64,000 nt of DNA from Eledone cirrhosa (lineage: Eukaryota): the NCBI GenBank assembly GCA_964016885.1, contig OZ024745.1:9114001-9178000 (forward strand), written 5' to 3'. Within the stretch, counting starts at the first letter, position 1, and each line of letters opens with the position of its first letter. The position numbers were made by a program, and so were the translations under genes. Positions 1-14,716 of this stretch are shown here, in pieces. A model generated the notes under the pieces. It was not told where the DNA came from. It was given only the letters and a program-made list of their open reading frames with translations, and did no database searches.

Positions 1-440
1 GTATACACATGAGCGCGTATGTATGTACATGAATACATGTGTGTATATATATGTGTATGCATGTGTATATATATGTAAGTATGAATATGTGAATTGTGAG
101 TATATGTATTTTGTAGAGGTGTGCAAATATATGTGTGTGAATGCGTGGGTGAAAGGATACTTACACTTGAAAGAAAAAATTTAAGTCTGAATGTTAATTA
201 AGTGCAAATACAAAACCAACCACGCATATCTTTACTATCTCTAATCCTTCTATAGATTTAGAAAAATAACCAATAATATATTCTATAAAAAATGTCAAAA
301 CAACAGATGGGAATCTAATTACTCACTGCCACCAAGAATTCTCACTGCTATCGAAAAACCACTCCTTCAACTATTCTTCTAACAACTTCACCCCTCCCTC
401 CTAATATTCTCTATAAAAACTAAATAGGTCCTCAGTAATA

Positions 441-560
441 TTATTCTGATGAAATGACAGTAAATAATAACATTGAAATATTGAATGTCTGCATAACTAA
501 AAGTTTGTAGATAGCAGCTGTTTTAGGTTATGTAACTGTTATAGAAACACGTGTCAATAA
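441..560 (+). ncRNA. Type I hammerhead ribozyme motif with long stem II
   Basis: TTATT-CTGATGA(446-452)-aATGACAGT...ACTGTTATa-GAAAC(544-548)-ACGT-GTC(553-555)-AATAA. Stem I TTATT/AATAA is perfect, stem III is palindromic and the cleavage triplet is GUC. (TA)n starts about 40 nt downstream. Confidence 0.8.
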
Positions 561-624
561 ATTCCTTTCAACTAAACTGTATCCATTCAAATCTTTCTAT
601 ATATATATATATATATATATATAT

Positions 625-1130
625 CAACCTGTCGCAACTTCAGGTCGGCAGCGACTTAACGGGCAACTCCATCAAGTTTACTTAGTGAGGAGGGTGATTT
701 CGGACACTCTGCAGGACAAAAAACAAAACCAGACGAAGGGTGGAAGAACTCATAAGAGTCAACGGCCATCCAGAATTGTGTTAATATGTACATACATATG
801 TATATATGTATGTATATATGTATATACATGTATTCATATGTGCGTATATGCGCGGGGACATAGAAATAATTGAGCTGGACACGCGATCGCCAAGTTAAAC
901 CACTGGGAGTGAAGGACCCCTAGCCTTTGTCAGGGCATTCTTCTAGGAGAAGGCAACTCAGAAAACTGGGATAACTCCAACATAAAACCTGCCGCTCAGT
1001 AGTTGCCAATTATGTTGATCTTTTCTTCTATTCGGGTTATAGCTACTGTCGCTCAGAGAGTGGGATTGGCTCAGTGCACAGTCTTTCCTCACTTTAAAAA
1101 AATCTTCACGCGCAGGCATTGCACGATAGA
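625..1130 (+). repeat. Dispersed repeat family (copy 1 of 3), possibly a retroelement 5' UTR
   Basis: Shares GTGAGGAGGGTGATTTYGGACA...TGCAGGAC...AAGAGTCAAYGGCCATCC with 7160-7560 and 45458-45652. Confidence 0.6.
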
Positions 1131-1219
1131 ATTAATTAAAAATTATAAATAATATCATATCGTGCAATGGCCATACTCGATAACGAGGGGGCAGCCATCA
1201 TATATATATATATATATAT

Positions 1220-4200
1220 CCGATAGAACCGAGCCTCTAACCCCTTGCAACCTCACATTTAACCTTAAGGATCACAAAAATAATTTTGAAGCAAATCCTA
1301 CTATCAGAATAATATGCCCATCTAAGTCGGATATAGGTAAAATTAGCAAGAATATTCTAGATAGGGTAATCGCACAAATAAAGGGAAAACTAGAAATCAA
1401 TTTATGGGGTAACACTAACGAAGCGATTTAATGGTTCAGTAAAATAGGAAATAGAGAAGCATGTAACTTCATACAATTCGATATAAATTATTACTACGCA
1501 TACATATCCCCAGCCACCCTAGATAAAGTGCTTATATTTGCCCAAAATAACTCCGATCTTACCCCTGATGAAATTGAAATAATTCTAGCTGCTAGAAGGA
1601 CTATCATAAAATTTGAAAATAGCTACTGGGTAAGAAAAGATAGGATAAACAGCTTCGATATCACAATGGGATCGAACGATTCAGCGCAAATCACTGACGT
1701 CGTGGGGTTATTTATAGCACACAACCTACATAAAGAATTCAGTAACCTCCAAGGAGGGATTTATAGAGATGACACGTTCCTTATAGCTAGGAACTTAAAT
1801 AACCAGAGCATAGAAAGATTAAGAAAAAACATTAGAACATTCTTCAAAAAACTAGGCCTAAGTATTACCTACGAACTGAATCATAAAAAGGCAAACTTTC
1901 TAGATGTGACTCTAAATCTAAATACGGGATTAATAGAACCCTTCCACAAAAATAATGAAAATCTGGCCTACATTAGTTATAACTAAAACCACCCCCGATC
2001 CATAATCAGATCCATAACACGTAGTATATCCCTTAGAATATCCCGCTTATCCTCAAACCTAGAAATGTTTAATGAGCATGCTAACTATTATAACGCGGCA
2101 TTACATAGGGCCGGACACAAGGAAAAGCTACAGTTTATAACGGATAAGGACAACTCAAACAAACCCACTAACACTGACACCAACCGCTCACACAAAAATA
2201 GAGGTAACCGGACTAGACATAGAGGTAAACAAATAGCACCTAGAGTAGGTAGTCCAAACACGAATAATGTAAACCCTAGAAGAATTAGAGAGAGAAAATA
2301 CCTGTGGTTTAATCCAATCTTCAACTCCTCTGTAAAAACTAGACTGCCTTCTACGTTTTTTAAACTAATAGATAAGCACTTCTCTATATCACATAGATAT
2401 CATAAAATCCTCAATAGGAAAACTATAAAACTCTCATACTCTACGGCTGCAAATATAGAATCCCACATACGCAAGATCAACCACAGAAATAGCTCTAGGG
2501 AAACCACCCCACCTATGCGCAACATAGTACCAAATTCTAAACATAAACACATCATCGTATCACAACCGCAAACGCATACGAGCGCGCCGCAGCAAAACCT
2601 CAACGGGCATGAATCACAACCCACTTATAGTAATGTACAAAACAGAGGTGGGGAAGCTGCACGGAATAGCACCTCAAACTGCAATTGTCGCCTACCAGAT
2701 AGGTGCCCATTGGCGAACAGGTGCCTTGATTCGAGCCTAGTGTACGGTGAACTCGGGCAACTCAACTTGGCATTACATTGGATCCACCGCGGGTTCATTT
2801 AAAAAAAGATGGTATATGCACAGACACTCAATGAAGAACCGTGCACTAATAGGTTCTACAACCCTCGCCAAAAAAATCTGGGAACTTAAGGACAAAAACA
2901 TCGACTACAATATCAACTGGTCGGGGCTGTCGGCCGCAAGGGCATACAGTACCGGTATATCCTATTGTAGGCTCTGCGACCTTGAATTACTGTATATCCT
3001 TAGGAACGATAAAAGGCTACTCAACAACAAAATAGAAGGGTCAATTTTCTGTAGACATAGGATCGCTACTAAATTCACAAGATTTAAGCCACCATGATTC
3101 GAACCAACATAACTTAGCATTCAACATATGAAATCCGCACTCTCACACAGACCACCACAGAACTATAATATTCTTTAAACAGCTTCTAGCCTCCTTAATT
3201 CTATACCACAGTAATGTCTGCAAATATCTTATCAACCCATAAATATATCTCTTCTCGGCTGCTGTCAACACCACCTCCTCACTCTTGATTTTCAACAGAT
3301 GAACTTAATTCTAAGTACATTATTTGACTACTACTACAGTCCATGAAACATCAGCTTCCTCCTGTTGTTATAATGAATACCCCAAAGTATCCGTAATAGT
3401 ATTCATCATGTTCTCTCTATATATACCTTGCTTTCTTAACCTCTGTATTACCTTATTGCATATTTCATGCATGGTTTGTTATTGGAGATGTGAAAGCTAA
3501 ACAACCCCCATGATTCGAACTAACAATCCCTTCATCTAATATAGACCACTTAAATAATTGTTTCTTCTTTCGGCACAAGGCCAGCAAATACCCAGTGCAT
3601 TACTGGTACTTTATTTTATCGACCCCGTAGAATCCGCTTTACACCACATAAAAATTACCATCCTCACTACAATGAAAATATTTTATCTGTCAGATAATAA
3701 ATAAATCTTACGGTCAGCAAACCTACAGTAAAGTAAATGGTCCATTATTTCAAGCCCCATGTTATCTCTACACTATATATAATATACCCCATGACAGCTT
3801 TTACATGTCAATTTCATACACCTGTTTCGTATCAGCTCGTTTTACATGCTAAAGTCATCAGTATACTCTATTTCTTACTTAGATTGATGTTGGGATTATT
3901 TTAACTATTTACTATCTAGCTAATTTATTTGAGTATCGTTATTAGTGTTCTGATTTAATTCCACTACTATATAGAGAAGCCATGCCTGTATATTTCCTTC
4001 ATTCTCGCATGCTCTGATGAATAGACTGGTTATAACAAAGTATTGGTGATCGATTGGCGCAAAAACAGGTGGGTAGCGATCTCTAGACCTACCAGTTCAG
4101 AGAAACAATTGTCAGCAATGTGAATAAAGCCCTTATTGTATAGCAAACCATGTCACTCTTCCTTGATTTATTATTACTCCAAGTGTAAACAACATAGAAA

Positions 4201-4338
4201 TCACCGCGTACTCGCAGCATCACTATGGAAACGTCTTGTTGAGTAAAATTTAGCCAAGCGTTAATACTATCCACTACTCGGAGTACCCTAGCTGGACTAC
4301 ATCTAAGTGGACTACCTATAACAATAATTTGTTACCCC

Positions 4339-4339
<1 letters not shown>
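1220..4339 (+). mobile_element. Penelope-like retroelement, 5'-truncated and decayed (RT + C-terminal GIY-YIG endonuclease, plus 3' terminal region)
   Basis: ORF pieces 1222-3097 carry RT motifs (IRIICPSKSDIG, ITMGSNDSAQ, YRDD, FLDVTL, WFNP...LIDKHF...IKLSYS), a CNCR..CPL..C linker and VY...YIGST...FKKRW..H...CRLC...CRH. TAA stops at 1429 and 1984, frameshift near 2745. Flanked by (TA)n on both sides, with a hammerhead in the 3' region. Confidence 0.9.
4001..4125 (+). ncRNA. Type I hammerhead ribozyme in the Penelope 3' terminal region
   Basis: GCATGCT-CTGATGA(4014-4020)-..ACTGGT...ACCAGT..-GAAAC(4102-4106)-AATT-GTC(4111-4113)-AGCaATGT. All core nucleotides present; stem III palindromic. Confidence 0.8.
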
Positions 4340-4381
<42 letters not shown>

Positions 4382-4768
4382 TCATATAAAGACATTTAGG
4401 TCAATTTTGCCTTTCATCCTTCAAGGGTCGAAAAATAAAGTACCACTGGTGGTGGTGTGGATGGGGTACAAGTGTGTAAATCAAGAGAAGGTAAGTGATA
4501 TGTTTTGATCATTAGGCCAGAAATTGGATCACTCTTTAACTTCGAACCACCGTACACAATCTGGGGAGATGGTCCTAACTGGACCTTGAAACCTTAGCTA
4601 GCCCTTTTTAGCCACTGTATGAACACATTTATGGAAGCTGTGGTATATGTATGGCCACTACCTTCGGTCGTTTTTCTTTTTAACATACCGCACTATTGAG
4701 TGCTTTGTGGTTGTCTCGAACAACCTGATTAGTACCTGCTATATGTCAGCTACAACTTCGTTTCATAC

Positions 4769-4866
<98 letters not shown>

Positions 4867-5034
4867 GATTTATTTAATTATGTCTCATATAAAATAATAC
4901 AGCCGATTATCCACACAATGCAATATAGTTAGCACCCCAAACGTATAATTGGGATTATACTTAGATATTTCCTAATGTTTGTTGAGTGAGATGGAAGTTG
5001 GTCGGAGTATCGTTATTAGCTTTCTCTGTTAATG

Positions 5035-5090
<56 letters not shown>

Positions 5091-5173
5091 CAACCATTAC
5101 CACCCACTCTCAAGCGTAAACCTAATACCAACACTGTTCGTACTGCACTCTTTGTAATTGCGTTTGTTTTTTT

Positions 5174-5232
<59 letters not shown>

Positions 5233-5460
5233 CATATATCAATCTGTTTCTATTTCTCTCCTACAAATATAAGATTCTTGTAAAAAAAACTATTATGTAA
5301 TAAACTGTCTTTAATATACACGTTTTTTCATCATTAAAATTGAATAACAAAATAAATGTGTATATAAGGATGTTTAAAGTATTTGAGATCCCAGTAACCA
5401 AGTTACAAAGTATAACAACCCCTTGTCATTATAAAGGAGCTACCAAACTTTTAGGTGTAA

Positions 5461-5838
5461 ATATGTGTGTATGTGTGTATGTACGTGTGTGTATGTGTGT
5501 GTATGTGTGTGTATCTGTGTATGTCTGTGTGTATGTGTGTATGTATATGTGTGTATGTGTGTGTATGTATGTATATATATGTGTGTATGTATGTGTGTAT
5601 ATGTGTGTATATGTGTGTATATGTGTGTGTGTATATGGGTGTGTATGTCTGTGTGTATGTGTGTATATGTGTGTGTGTGTATGTGTGTGTATGTGTGTGT
5701 GTGTATGTGTGTCTGTATGTATGTGTATGTGTGTATATATGTGTGTGTGTGTGTGTGTGTATGTGTGTGTATATGTATGTGTGTCTGTATGTATGTGTAT
5801 GTGTGTATATATATGTGTGTGTGTGTGTCTGTATGTGT
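5461..5838. repeat. Compound (TG)n/(TA)n microsatellite
   Basis: Seen directly; it is the source of the spurious CV/HT ORFs. Confidence 0.95.
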
Positions 5839-6099
5839 GACATCTTCATCCATTCCCAGTGACGGTAGAGTTCCTCTCTCTTAAATGAGGGATGTACCAC
5901 AGATGAAGTCAACTGACGGAGTAGGAGGGATGACGTCATATATTACATTATTAGCCACGCCCCTTTCACTCCTCCTCCTTCCACCCCCACTCTCTATATT
6001 CTTTTTCTCTATATATTTCTTACTCCACCTTCTTGAGACACTCTCTCTCTCTCAATCCCTCTCCCTTCCTCCCCCCTCTCTCTCTCTCTATATATATAT

Positions 6100-6400
6100 T
6101 ATCATCATCATCATCATCATCATCATCGTTTAATGTCCATCTTCCACGCTAGCATGGATTAGACGGGAGTTGTCCCAATTTGAGGCAAGATTGATCGTCT
6201 CGCTCATATAGGACTATCTGGCAGGTTTTCTACGGCTGGGTGCCCTTCCTAACACCAACCACATTTACAGTGTGGACTGGGAGGTTTTCACCGTGTTACC
6301 TACACGGCCACATTACAGTGTGGACTGTGTGTTTTTTTGTCGTGACACCTACACGATCTCGATCTCATTATCTCATTTATTTGGACTGGATGTTGTGGTG
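6100..6400 (-). mobile_element. RTE LINE 3'-end fragment with (GAT)n tail
   Basis: Reverse complement matches 44780-45063 (LINE 3' UTR and tail). Confidence 0.75.
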
Positions 6401-6403
6401 CCA

Positions 6404-6717
<314 letters not shown>

Positions 6718-7032
6718 AATACATGTGGAAGTAAAATCGAAGCTTTGGCGGTGGGCAAGCAAAGTTGACCTACAATATGAATGAGTTAGCAAAGCACTCA
6801 ATAAGGGTTGGTCCTTAGAGTAACAACATACGTTTAAATAGCATGACAAATTGAACATTGTGGTAGGCAAACCTAACACACAATACCAGAGCAACGAAAA
6901 AACTAACAGGTTAAAAGTGGTGAAACAATTGTTCTCGGTATGGTGAACTAACAGTTGTGTAACCACTTCTACCTAACTCGTACCATGGACTGAGTGCTCT
7001 ACCACTACGGATATTACCTTCCAGTGTTCTAC

Positions 7033-7144
<112 letters not shown>

Positions 7145-7159
7145 GTATATATATGTATG

Positions 7160-7560
7160 TCAGGTCACCACTTGGTGCTACTGGTAACATGTATCCCAGT
7201 ACAACCTGTCTCATGGTCGGGTCGTTGGCGACTAAACTGGCAACCCCACCAAGGTTTCTTGGTGAGGAGGGTGATTTTGGACATCCTGCAGGACTAAAAA
7301 CAAAACCTGTCAAAGGGCAAAGGAGCTCTTAAGAGTCAATGGCCATCCAAAATCACTGGGAGAGATGACCCCTTAGCCTTTGTCAAGGCAGAATTCTAGG
7401 AGAAGGAAAACTCTGATATAACACCTGCAACCCTGATGGTATCCAATCATGTTGACTTGTTCTTCTTTTTGGTAAATATCATCTTGGTTAAGAGAGTGGG
7501 ACTGGCTTTGTGCAGTGCCTTTGCTCACTATAAAAGCTTCACGGCACAGGCATTGCTTTG
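7160..7560 (+). repeat. Dispersed repeat family (copy 2 of 3)
   Basis: Similar to 625-1130 and 45458-45652. Confidence 0.6.
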
Positions 7561-7902
7561 TATCTGGAGATCTCTCTGCACTTGTCGTCACATGGTACCA
7601 AAGGTAAAGCACTATGTGTCAATAATTGTCACAAGTGTAGTGTTTGTACCAGAGTTTTCAAGTCGCTGGCTGGACTAAAAAGTCACACTCGTTCAGCGCA
7701 TCGGTAGGGGTTCTCCTACATGGATATAAAGTAGTGGCCGTACTCGAAAACGAGTTGGCAGCCACCATATATATGTATGTATATATATATGTAATTTATA
7801 CTTTGATAACTTTGATAGGTTTCTGCCACCTGGCGAAGTCTTACAAATCAGTGTTTGGGCACCTTGGCCCACTCGAGAGTTATTGTTTACGGACGCATAC
7901 CC

Positions 7903-8070
7903 GTATATATATATATATATATATGTGTGTATGCATATATATATATATGTGAGTGTGTATACATATATGTATATATATGTATGTATTTTTATGTGCGTAT
8001 ATATATATATATATATGTGTGTGTGTATATATATATATGTTTATATATACATATAAATATATGTGTGTGT

Positions 8071-8142
<72 letters not shown>

Positions 8143-8260
8143 ACACACACATATATATATACATACATATATATACATATATACACACATATATATATAT
8201 TTGTGTGTATGTATACATATATATATGTATACATATATATATATGTGTGTATGTATATGT

Positions 8261-8345
<85 letters not shown>
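7903..8345. repeat. (TA)n-rich compound microsatellite
   Basis: Seen directly. Confidence 0.95.
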
Positions 8346-8348
<3 letters not shown>

Positions 8349-8477
8349 TATTAGGGTAAACATTGATGCAATTCAATTCAAGCACTCAACGTACTTTTTC
8401 CACATAGGAGTGACGGAGTAAATATCGAATAAGGAAAAGCGAAGTAGTTTCAGATGTTCAAGTCCTTTAATAATAAT

Positions 8478-8551
8478 GCTGTGATATATATTTCAATGAC
8501 GACACTGGCTACACTGTTCGGTGTGCGAGTGTCGTGTCATCATCAGACAGC
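8478..8551 (-). ncRNA. Type I hammerhead ribozyme (inverted copy)
   Basis: Reverse complement of the 9182-9255 motif. Confidence 0.8.
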
Positions 8552-9181
8552 TTGTTACATAATAAGGTTGTTTCCGAGGCAATCAGAACTTATTACTTAA
8601 ACATCTCTCTCCATATTATTTACTCACTTCAATCTATATTTTTACTCAATCCGAATTATCACTTGAAAAATTCTTGAATTTAGAATTTTTTAGTTTTTAA
8701 TTGTTTAATTTATAATCTCTGATATTTGATTTAGGATTTTAATTTTTAATTTTTATTTCCAACTCTCACTCTTAACTTCCAATGTAAAACCATAGTAACT
8801 AGAATTAAGTTTATTTTCCCTTATGAGTTGATGGTCAGTCTTACTGTCAACGCTTAGTGAAAAGTAGTATTATGACCTAAACTAACACCCTCCCATCCCC
8901 TCTGGCTTTCGGCTGACTGCCACAGTAGTGATGGGTAGCAGTAAACTTTGGTAGGGCATAGGTGGGCCATTGTTTTGGCTGAGAGGGTGAACTGACAGCG
9001 AATTTCGTTGTAATCTGCGGTGGCTAATGGTCAACTTCCTTCGGACATGCGCTTGCGCAGACCGGTGGGGGTGAATTGGTACTCACAAGGGAACGGATGA
9101 AAAACCCAAAAGCACGAACTTCATCCGTTCCCATGTCGATTCAATTTGGATTGCCTCGGAAACAACCTTATTATGTAACAA

Positions 9182-9255
9182 GCTGTCTGATGATGACACG
9201 ACACTCGCACACAGAACAGTGTGGCCAGTGTCGTCATTGAAATATATATCACAGC
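9182..9255 (+). ncRNA. Type I hammerhead ribozyme
   Basis: GCTGT-CTGATGA(9187-9193)-TGACacGACACT...AGTGTCGTCAtt-GAAA-TATAT-ATC(9248-9250)-ACAGC. Perfect stem I, palindromic AT stem III, AUC triplet. Confidence 0.8.
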
Positions 9256-9307
9256 ATTATTATTAAAGGACTTGAACATCTGAAACTACTTCGCTTTTCC
9301 TTATTCT

Positions 9308-9790
<483 letters not shown>

Positions 9791-9856
9791 GGAACTTCAA
9801 CCGTTAAGGTTGTCTTTTTTCCGGGTATGTCAATATTTATTTATAAAAGAAATCTG

Positions 9857-9922
9857 TATTTTATCTTATGAAAGCGCACCATAATTTCCCTTGGTTGCCC
9901 TTGAAATATATATAATAAAATA
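9857..9922 (+). ncRNA. Hammerhead motif with one core substitution (CTTATGA)
   Basis: TATTTTAT-CTTATGA-AAGcGCAcca...tggtTGCcCTT-GAAA-TATAT-ATA-ATAAAATA; perfect 8-bp stem I. Confidence 0.65.
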
Positions 9923-10224
9923 ATTATGGTTTTATAAATATAGTTTCCATTTATTAATATATTGAATATTTACTCCACTAATCTGTTGAGTGCTTTATAC
10001 CAGTTATAACATTTTTAAGCTTGTTGGATCCTAACAAATTAAATATAACCTCTGTGTATATGTATGTATAACGAAAAGTCAACAAGGTAAAAACAACACA
10101 GTTCAATGATATCAGTTTAACGCTTGATATAGTAAGAAGTGTTAACGTTTCGGTTGTACACACAGACATAATGTTGATATATATGTGTGTGTGTGTGTAT
10201 ACACATACCTATATACATATATAT

Positions 10225-10354
<130 letters not shown>

Positions 10355-10430
10355 CGAAGGAAATGTGGTAAGGAACCAGGTGGACCATAACGCACCAAAG
10401 TACTCAATACTTGAGGTAGTAGAGTGGGTA

Positions 10431-10537
10431 ATAGGAACCAGTAAGACCCCGACAGCTGAGCTCAAGCCGTTTCGACGGCTAATTCCAGAATTAGCCGTCG
10501 AAACGGCTTGAGCTCAGCTGTCGGGGTCTTACTGGTT

Positions 10538-10542
<5 letters not shown>
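10431..10542. repeat. Perfect 112-bp palindrome (55-bp arms, CA loop) built from hammerhead 3' halves
   Basis: Symmetry axis at 10486/10487; each arm reads GAAAC-GGCT-tgagctc-AGCT-GTC. Confidence 0.9.
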
Positions 10543-10591
<49 letters not shown>

Positions 10592-10891
10592 GTTATTTAT
10601 TGAAAAGTGTTCATATGAATGAATATTAACGATCTACGAGGTATTTGATGACACAGGTTCACGAAAACAATTGTGGGCTGTCTATGAAAAGGTAGCTTGG
10701 GTGGAGCTCTTGGTAAAACCATAGACAGCAAACAGGTATAGGCTGAGCATATTTCATCTATATATAATAGAGCTGCACAAAGGTAGGGGCTGCTTCGAAA
10801 AGTTGCATATATATATATATAAATTATATATATATATATATAAATTTTCAACCTTATATATTTTTATATATTTTTATATTTGCATATCTGT

Positions 10892-11069
10892 TTGACCCGA
10901 ATTAGGCGGTCGATTTTTCGCTGTGCGGATGATTAGTTTAACCACCATCTCAGTGTGTTTGGCCTCTAACGTAAGTTGTAGCTCTAATTCATATGAATTA
11001 TCGAGCGCTTGCCACACAACTCGGAAGTGTTTTTCGTTACTCCTGAGCTGAAATTCGATTCTCGCTAAT
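10892..11069. repeat. About 180-bp dispersed repeat (copy 1)
   Basis: Near-identical to 21301-21492. Confidence 0.85.
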
Positions 11070-11074
11070 CTTTA

Positions 11075-11111
<37 letters not shown>

Positions 11112-11193
11112 GTTATTCCGGGTTGAATCGGAGGTAACCACAGTAAGTAAGGTACTCAATACATTGCAGAGTATAAAAGTTTTAATATAGATG

Positions 11194-11244
11194 AGATTCT
11201 ACAGGACTAGAACTGTTTCATTCTTTAGAAATCATCAGGAATCT
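11194..11244 (-). ncRNA. Type I hammerhead ribozyme (inverted copy)
   Basis: Reverse complement of 14654-14704. Confidence 0.85.
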
Positions 11245-11748
11245 GGGTATCAAAAAATAGGTATGGTATTTATACAAGTGGTAGGAGAGGGTGGGGAGTG
11301 AGATGGGTGTAGGTCATTGGTTGATAGAAAAGGGAATTCATTAAAAGCTAATTCTACAAAGCTATAGTTTATTTTTATTTTTATTTATTTTTGTTTTTAG
11401 AGTAACAAAGGCAGACAGAATTCTATAAACAGGTTCAGGATGGCATGCCATTCCTTATTATTAAGTTTCTCTTAAGCTAACAGGTGTCTATAAGATCAGT
11501 GGGGGGTCAGTCATGGTAGATATATTTAAAGGAAAGGGAGATTCTTTAAAAGCTAAAATCATTAAGGTTCTACTAAGTGACAAAGGTTTAGAGAATTCTG
11601 TAGACAAATTCAGAATATTAAGTGCATATCTTACAATTATCCTCAAATTACTCTTAAACTATTCAACTATATGCCAAAAAACAACAGACACATTCACAAG
11701 ACACACTCACTCACACACTCGCGCGCACCCATAAACACACATACACAG

Positions 11749-11811
<63 letters not shown>

Positions 11812-11874
11812 CATATATATATACACACACACACACATACACCATACATACATATATTCACATATATATATGTA

Positions 11875-11905
<31 letters not shown>

Positions 11906-11949
11906 TAAGAGAGTAAAACAAAGAATCCTTTAATACATCAAAAGTTTTT

Positions 11950-11994
11950 ATTAGCCGACAATGTTTTGTCCTATTAAGGACTCATCAGGGCAAT
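11950..11994 (-). ncRNA. Minimal hammerhead motif with G12-to-A substitution
   Basis: Minus strand reads ATTGCC-CTGATGA-GTCCT-taat-AGGAC-AAAAC-att-GTC-GGCtAAT. Confidence 0.7.
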
Positions 11995-12336
11995 CAAAAC
12001 AACAAGAGGTAATATCGGCAGATACAAGCCAGAAACTCTGAAGAATATGGAGTGTACATACACTAATGTCTTACAAAGATATACGATAATAAAAATGAAA
12101 ATAAAGATAAAAATAATAAAAATATATAATAAGAATAACTAAGGATGTAGATAACATTAAGAACCATATGACAAATATAGTCCAAAGCAACCAACCTAAA
12201 TCTAAACAAATTTGGTTATATAGAGCAGGAATTATATATAACACAATATAATACATTATAATAATAATATACTTTTACCAACATTAAAATTCCAAATTAC
12301 AAATCAAAAGGTACAATATATACATGTATATATGTG

Positions 12337-12386
<50 letters not shown>

Positions 12387-13412
12387 ACAACACACATATC
12401 TATGTTCGACTACACAGAAATTAGGCCCTATTAGAAGTTTGAATATTAAAAATAAGCATGGTAATAGTGAAAATAATACTAATACATCTACCCAATATAC
12501 ATGAGGCAATAATATGATATAATTACAAGAAACACATATAACAAATAATAAACAACAAAATTATATAATTCAATATAATATAATAAAATAGAATAGATAA
12601 TCCCCGGTTAATTTACAGAAACAATATAGATGTCACAATGAAATACAATGATAAAATGTTAACAGTATATTAACATGTACCATAAACAATATATACAAAT
12701 TGATTCATACTGGGTTACAGAATAAATAAGGAAATATAAATACTAAAAAAAAACTATAATGGTACAGGGAAAAATTGTTACAGAAAAAAATATGATGTTA
12801 CAGAAAAAAATATACAGACATCTAACATGATATGTAAAGTCTAAATATCATAATGTTACATATTATAATATTGAAAAAATCCAGACATCTTACATGATAA
12901 ATAAAGTTTAAATATCATAATGTTACATATAATGAACAGTAATTAATAAGGATTTATATAACATACAATATAATATAATATATTTTAAAATTGGCATAAA
13001 ATATATAAATACTTATAATTACAAGGTTAGTAGACAGACATATATGGATGAGTGAGCGAAGCCAGACAGTGAATAGTAAATAGAATATAGAATAAAACAA
13101 ATAAATACAATCAACCGGAAATTACAAAACAAAAGCAAATGGATACACATTTAGGCCTCGCGTGCATTTAAGAAATTATGTAAACACCAAGGAAAGCAAT
13201 CATTTTAAATGACTCCAAACCCTATTTGATAAATTAATATTAAAAATATCGAACCCGTCCAATAAGGTAGTATAATATTAGCTGTAGTTTAAGTCATTAA
13301 AGTATATAAACTTTAATGTATCGTTACAAATGTTTACAAAAAGGAATAAAATTATACTATCATATACGCAACGAAGAGGGTGTTTGACTCAAACACGCTC
13401 CAGTATTCTAAT

Positions 13413-13415
<3 letters not shown>

Positions 13416-13452
<37 letters not shown>

Positions 13453-13673
13453 ATACACATACACATATATATACATATATATATACATACATATATATAT
13501 ATATATATACATACATACATACATATACACACCCATATATACATACATATACATATACACACACAAAAATACATACATATATACATATATATATACACAC
13601 ATATACACATACATACACATACACATACACAAACATACACATATATATATATACACACACATATATATATATA

Positions 13674-13711
<38 letters not shown>

Positions 13712-13736
13712 CACATACATACACATACATACATAT

Positions 13737-13803
<67 letters not shown>

Positions 13804-13882
13804 CATATACATACATATATATACACACACACACACACGCACACACATCCACACATATATACATATATATATATATACACAT

Positions 13883-13942
<60 letters not shown>

Positions 13943-13953
13943 ATGTGTGTATG

Positions 13954-14013
<60 letters not shown>

Positions 14014-14019
14014 TACACA

Positions 14020-14071
<52 letters not shown>

Positions 14072-14154
14072 CATACACACATACACATACATACACATAC
14101 ACATACATATACACACACACATACATATATACATACATATGTACACACACACAC

Positions 14155-14210
<56 letters not shown>

Positions 14211-14548
14211 ACACACACATATACATACATACATATACACACATACACACATACACATACACACATATATATACATATATATATATATATAAAAAAATAC
14301 ACACATATACACACACACATACATATATATATACATATATACACATATATATATACACATACATACACATATACATACATATATATATATACATACATAT
14401 ATACATATATATATATACATACATACACATATATATATATATACATATACATACATATATACATATAAACATATACACACATACTTATACATATATATAG
14501 ACACATACACACATACCCATATACACATGTGCACACACATACATACAC
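13416..14548. repeat. 1.1-kb compound (TA)/(CA)/(TACA) microsatellite
   Basis: Seen directly; accounts for the 300-430 aa low-complexity ORFs. Confidence 0.95.
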
Positions 14549-14653
14549 AGCTTTTAATGAATTCCCTTTTCTATCAACCAATGACCTACACCCATCCCAC
14601 TCCCCACCCTCTCCTACCACTTGTATAAATACCATACCTATTTTTTGATACCC

Positions 14654-14704
14654 AGATTCCTGATGATTTCTAAAGAATGAAACAGTTCTAGTCCTGTAGA
14701 ATCT
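14654..14704 (+). ncRNA. Type I hammerhead ribozyme
   Basis: AGATTC-CTGATGA(14660-14666)-tTTCT-aa-AGAAt-GAA-ACAG-ttctagtc-CT-GTA(14696-14698)-GAATCT. All three stems form and the triplet is GUA. Confidence 0.85.
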
Positions 14705-14716
14705 CATCTATATTAA

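Larger units (their letters stand above)
8346..9306 (-). mobile_element. Non-coding Penelope-type remnant with 158-bp inverted repeats, each arm carrying a hammerhead
   Basis: 8427-8584 is the reverse complement of 9149-9306 (2 mismatches seen); (TA)n on both sides. Confidence 0.75.

Noticed and set aside
1429-1986. Selenocysteine or readthrough recoding in the Penelope ORF
   Set aside because: Both in-frame stops are TAA, not TGA, and there is also a frameshift; this is simple decay.
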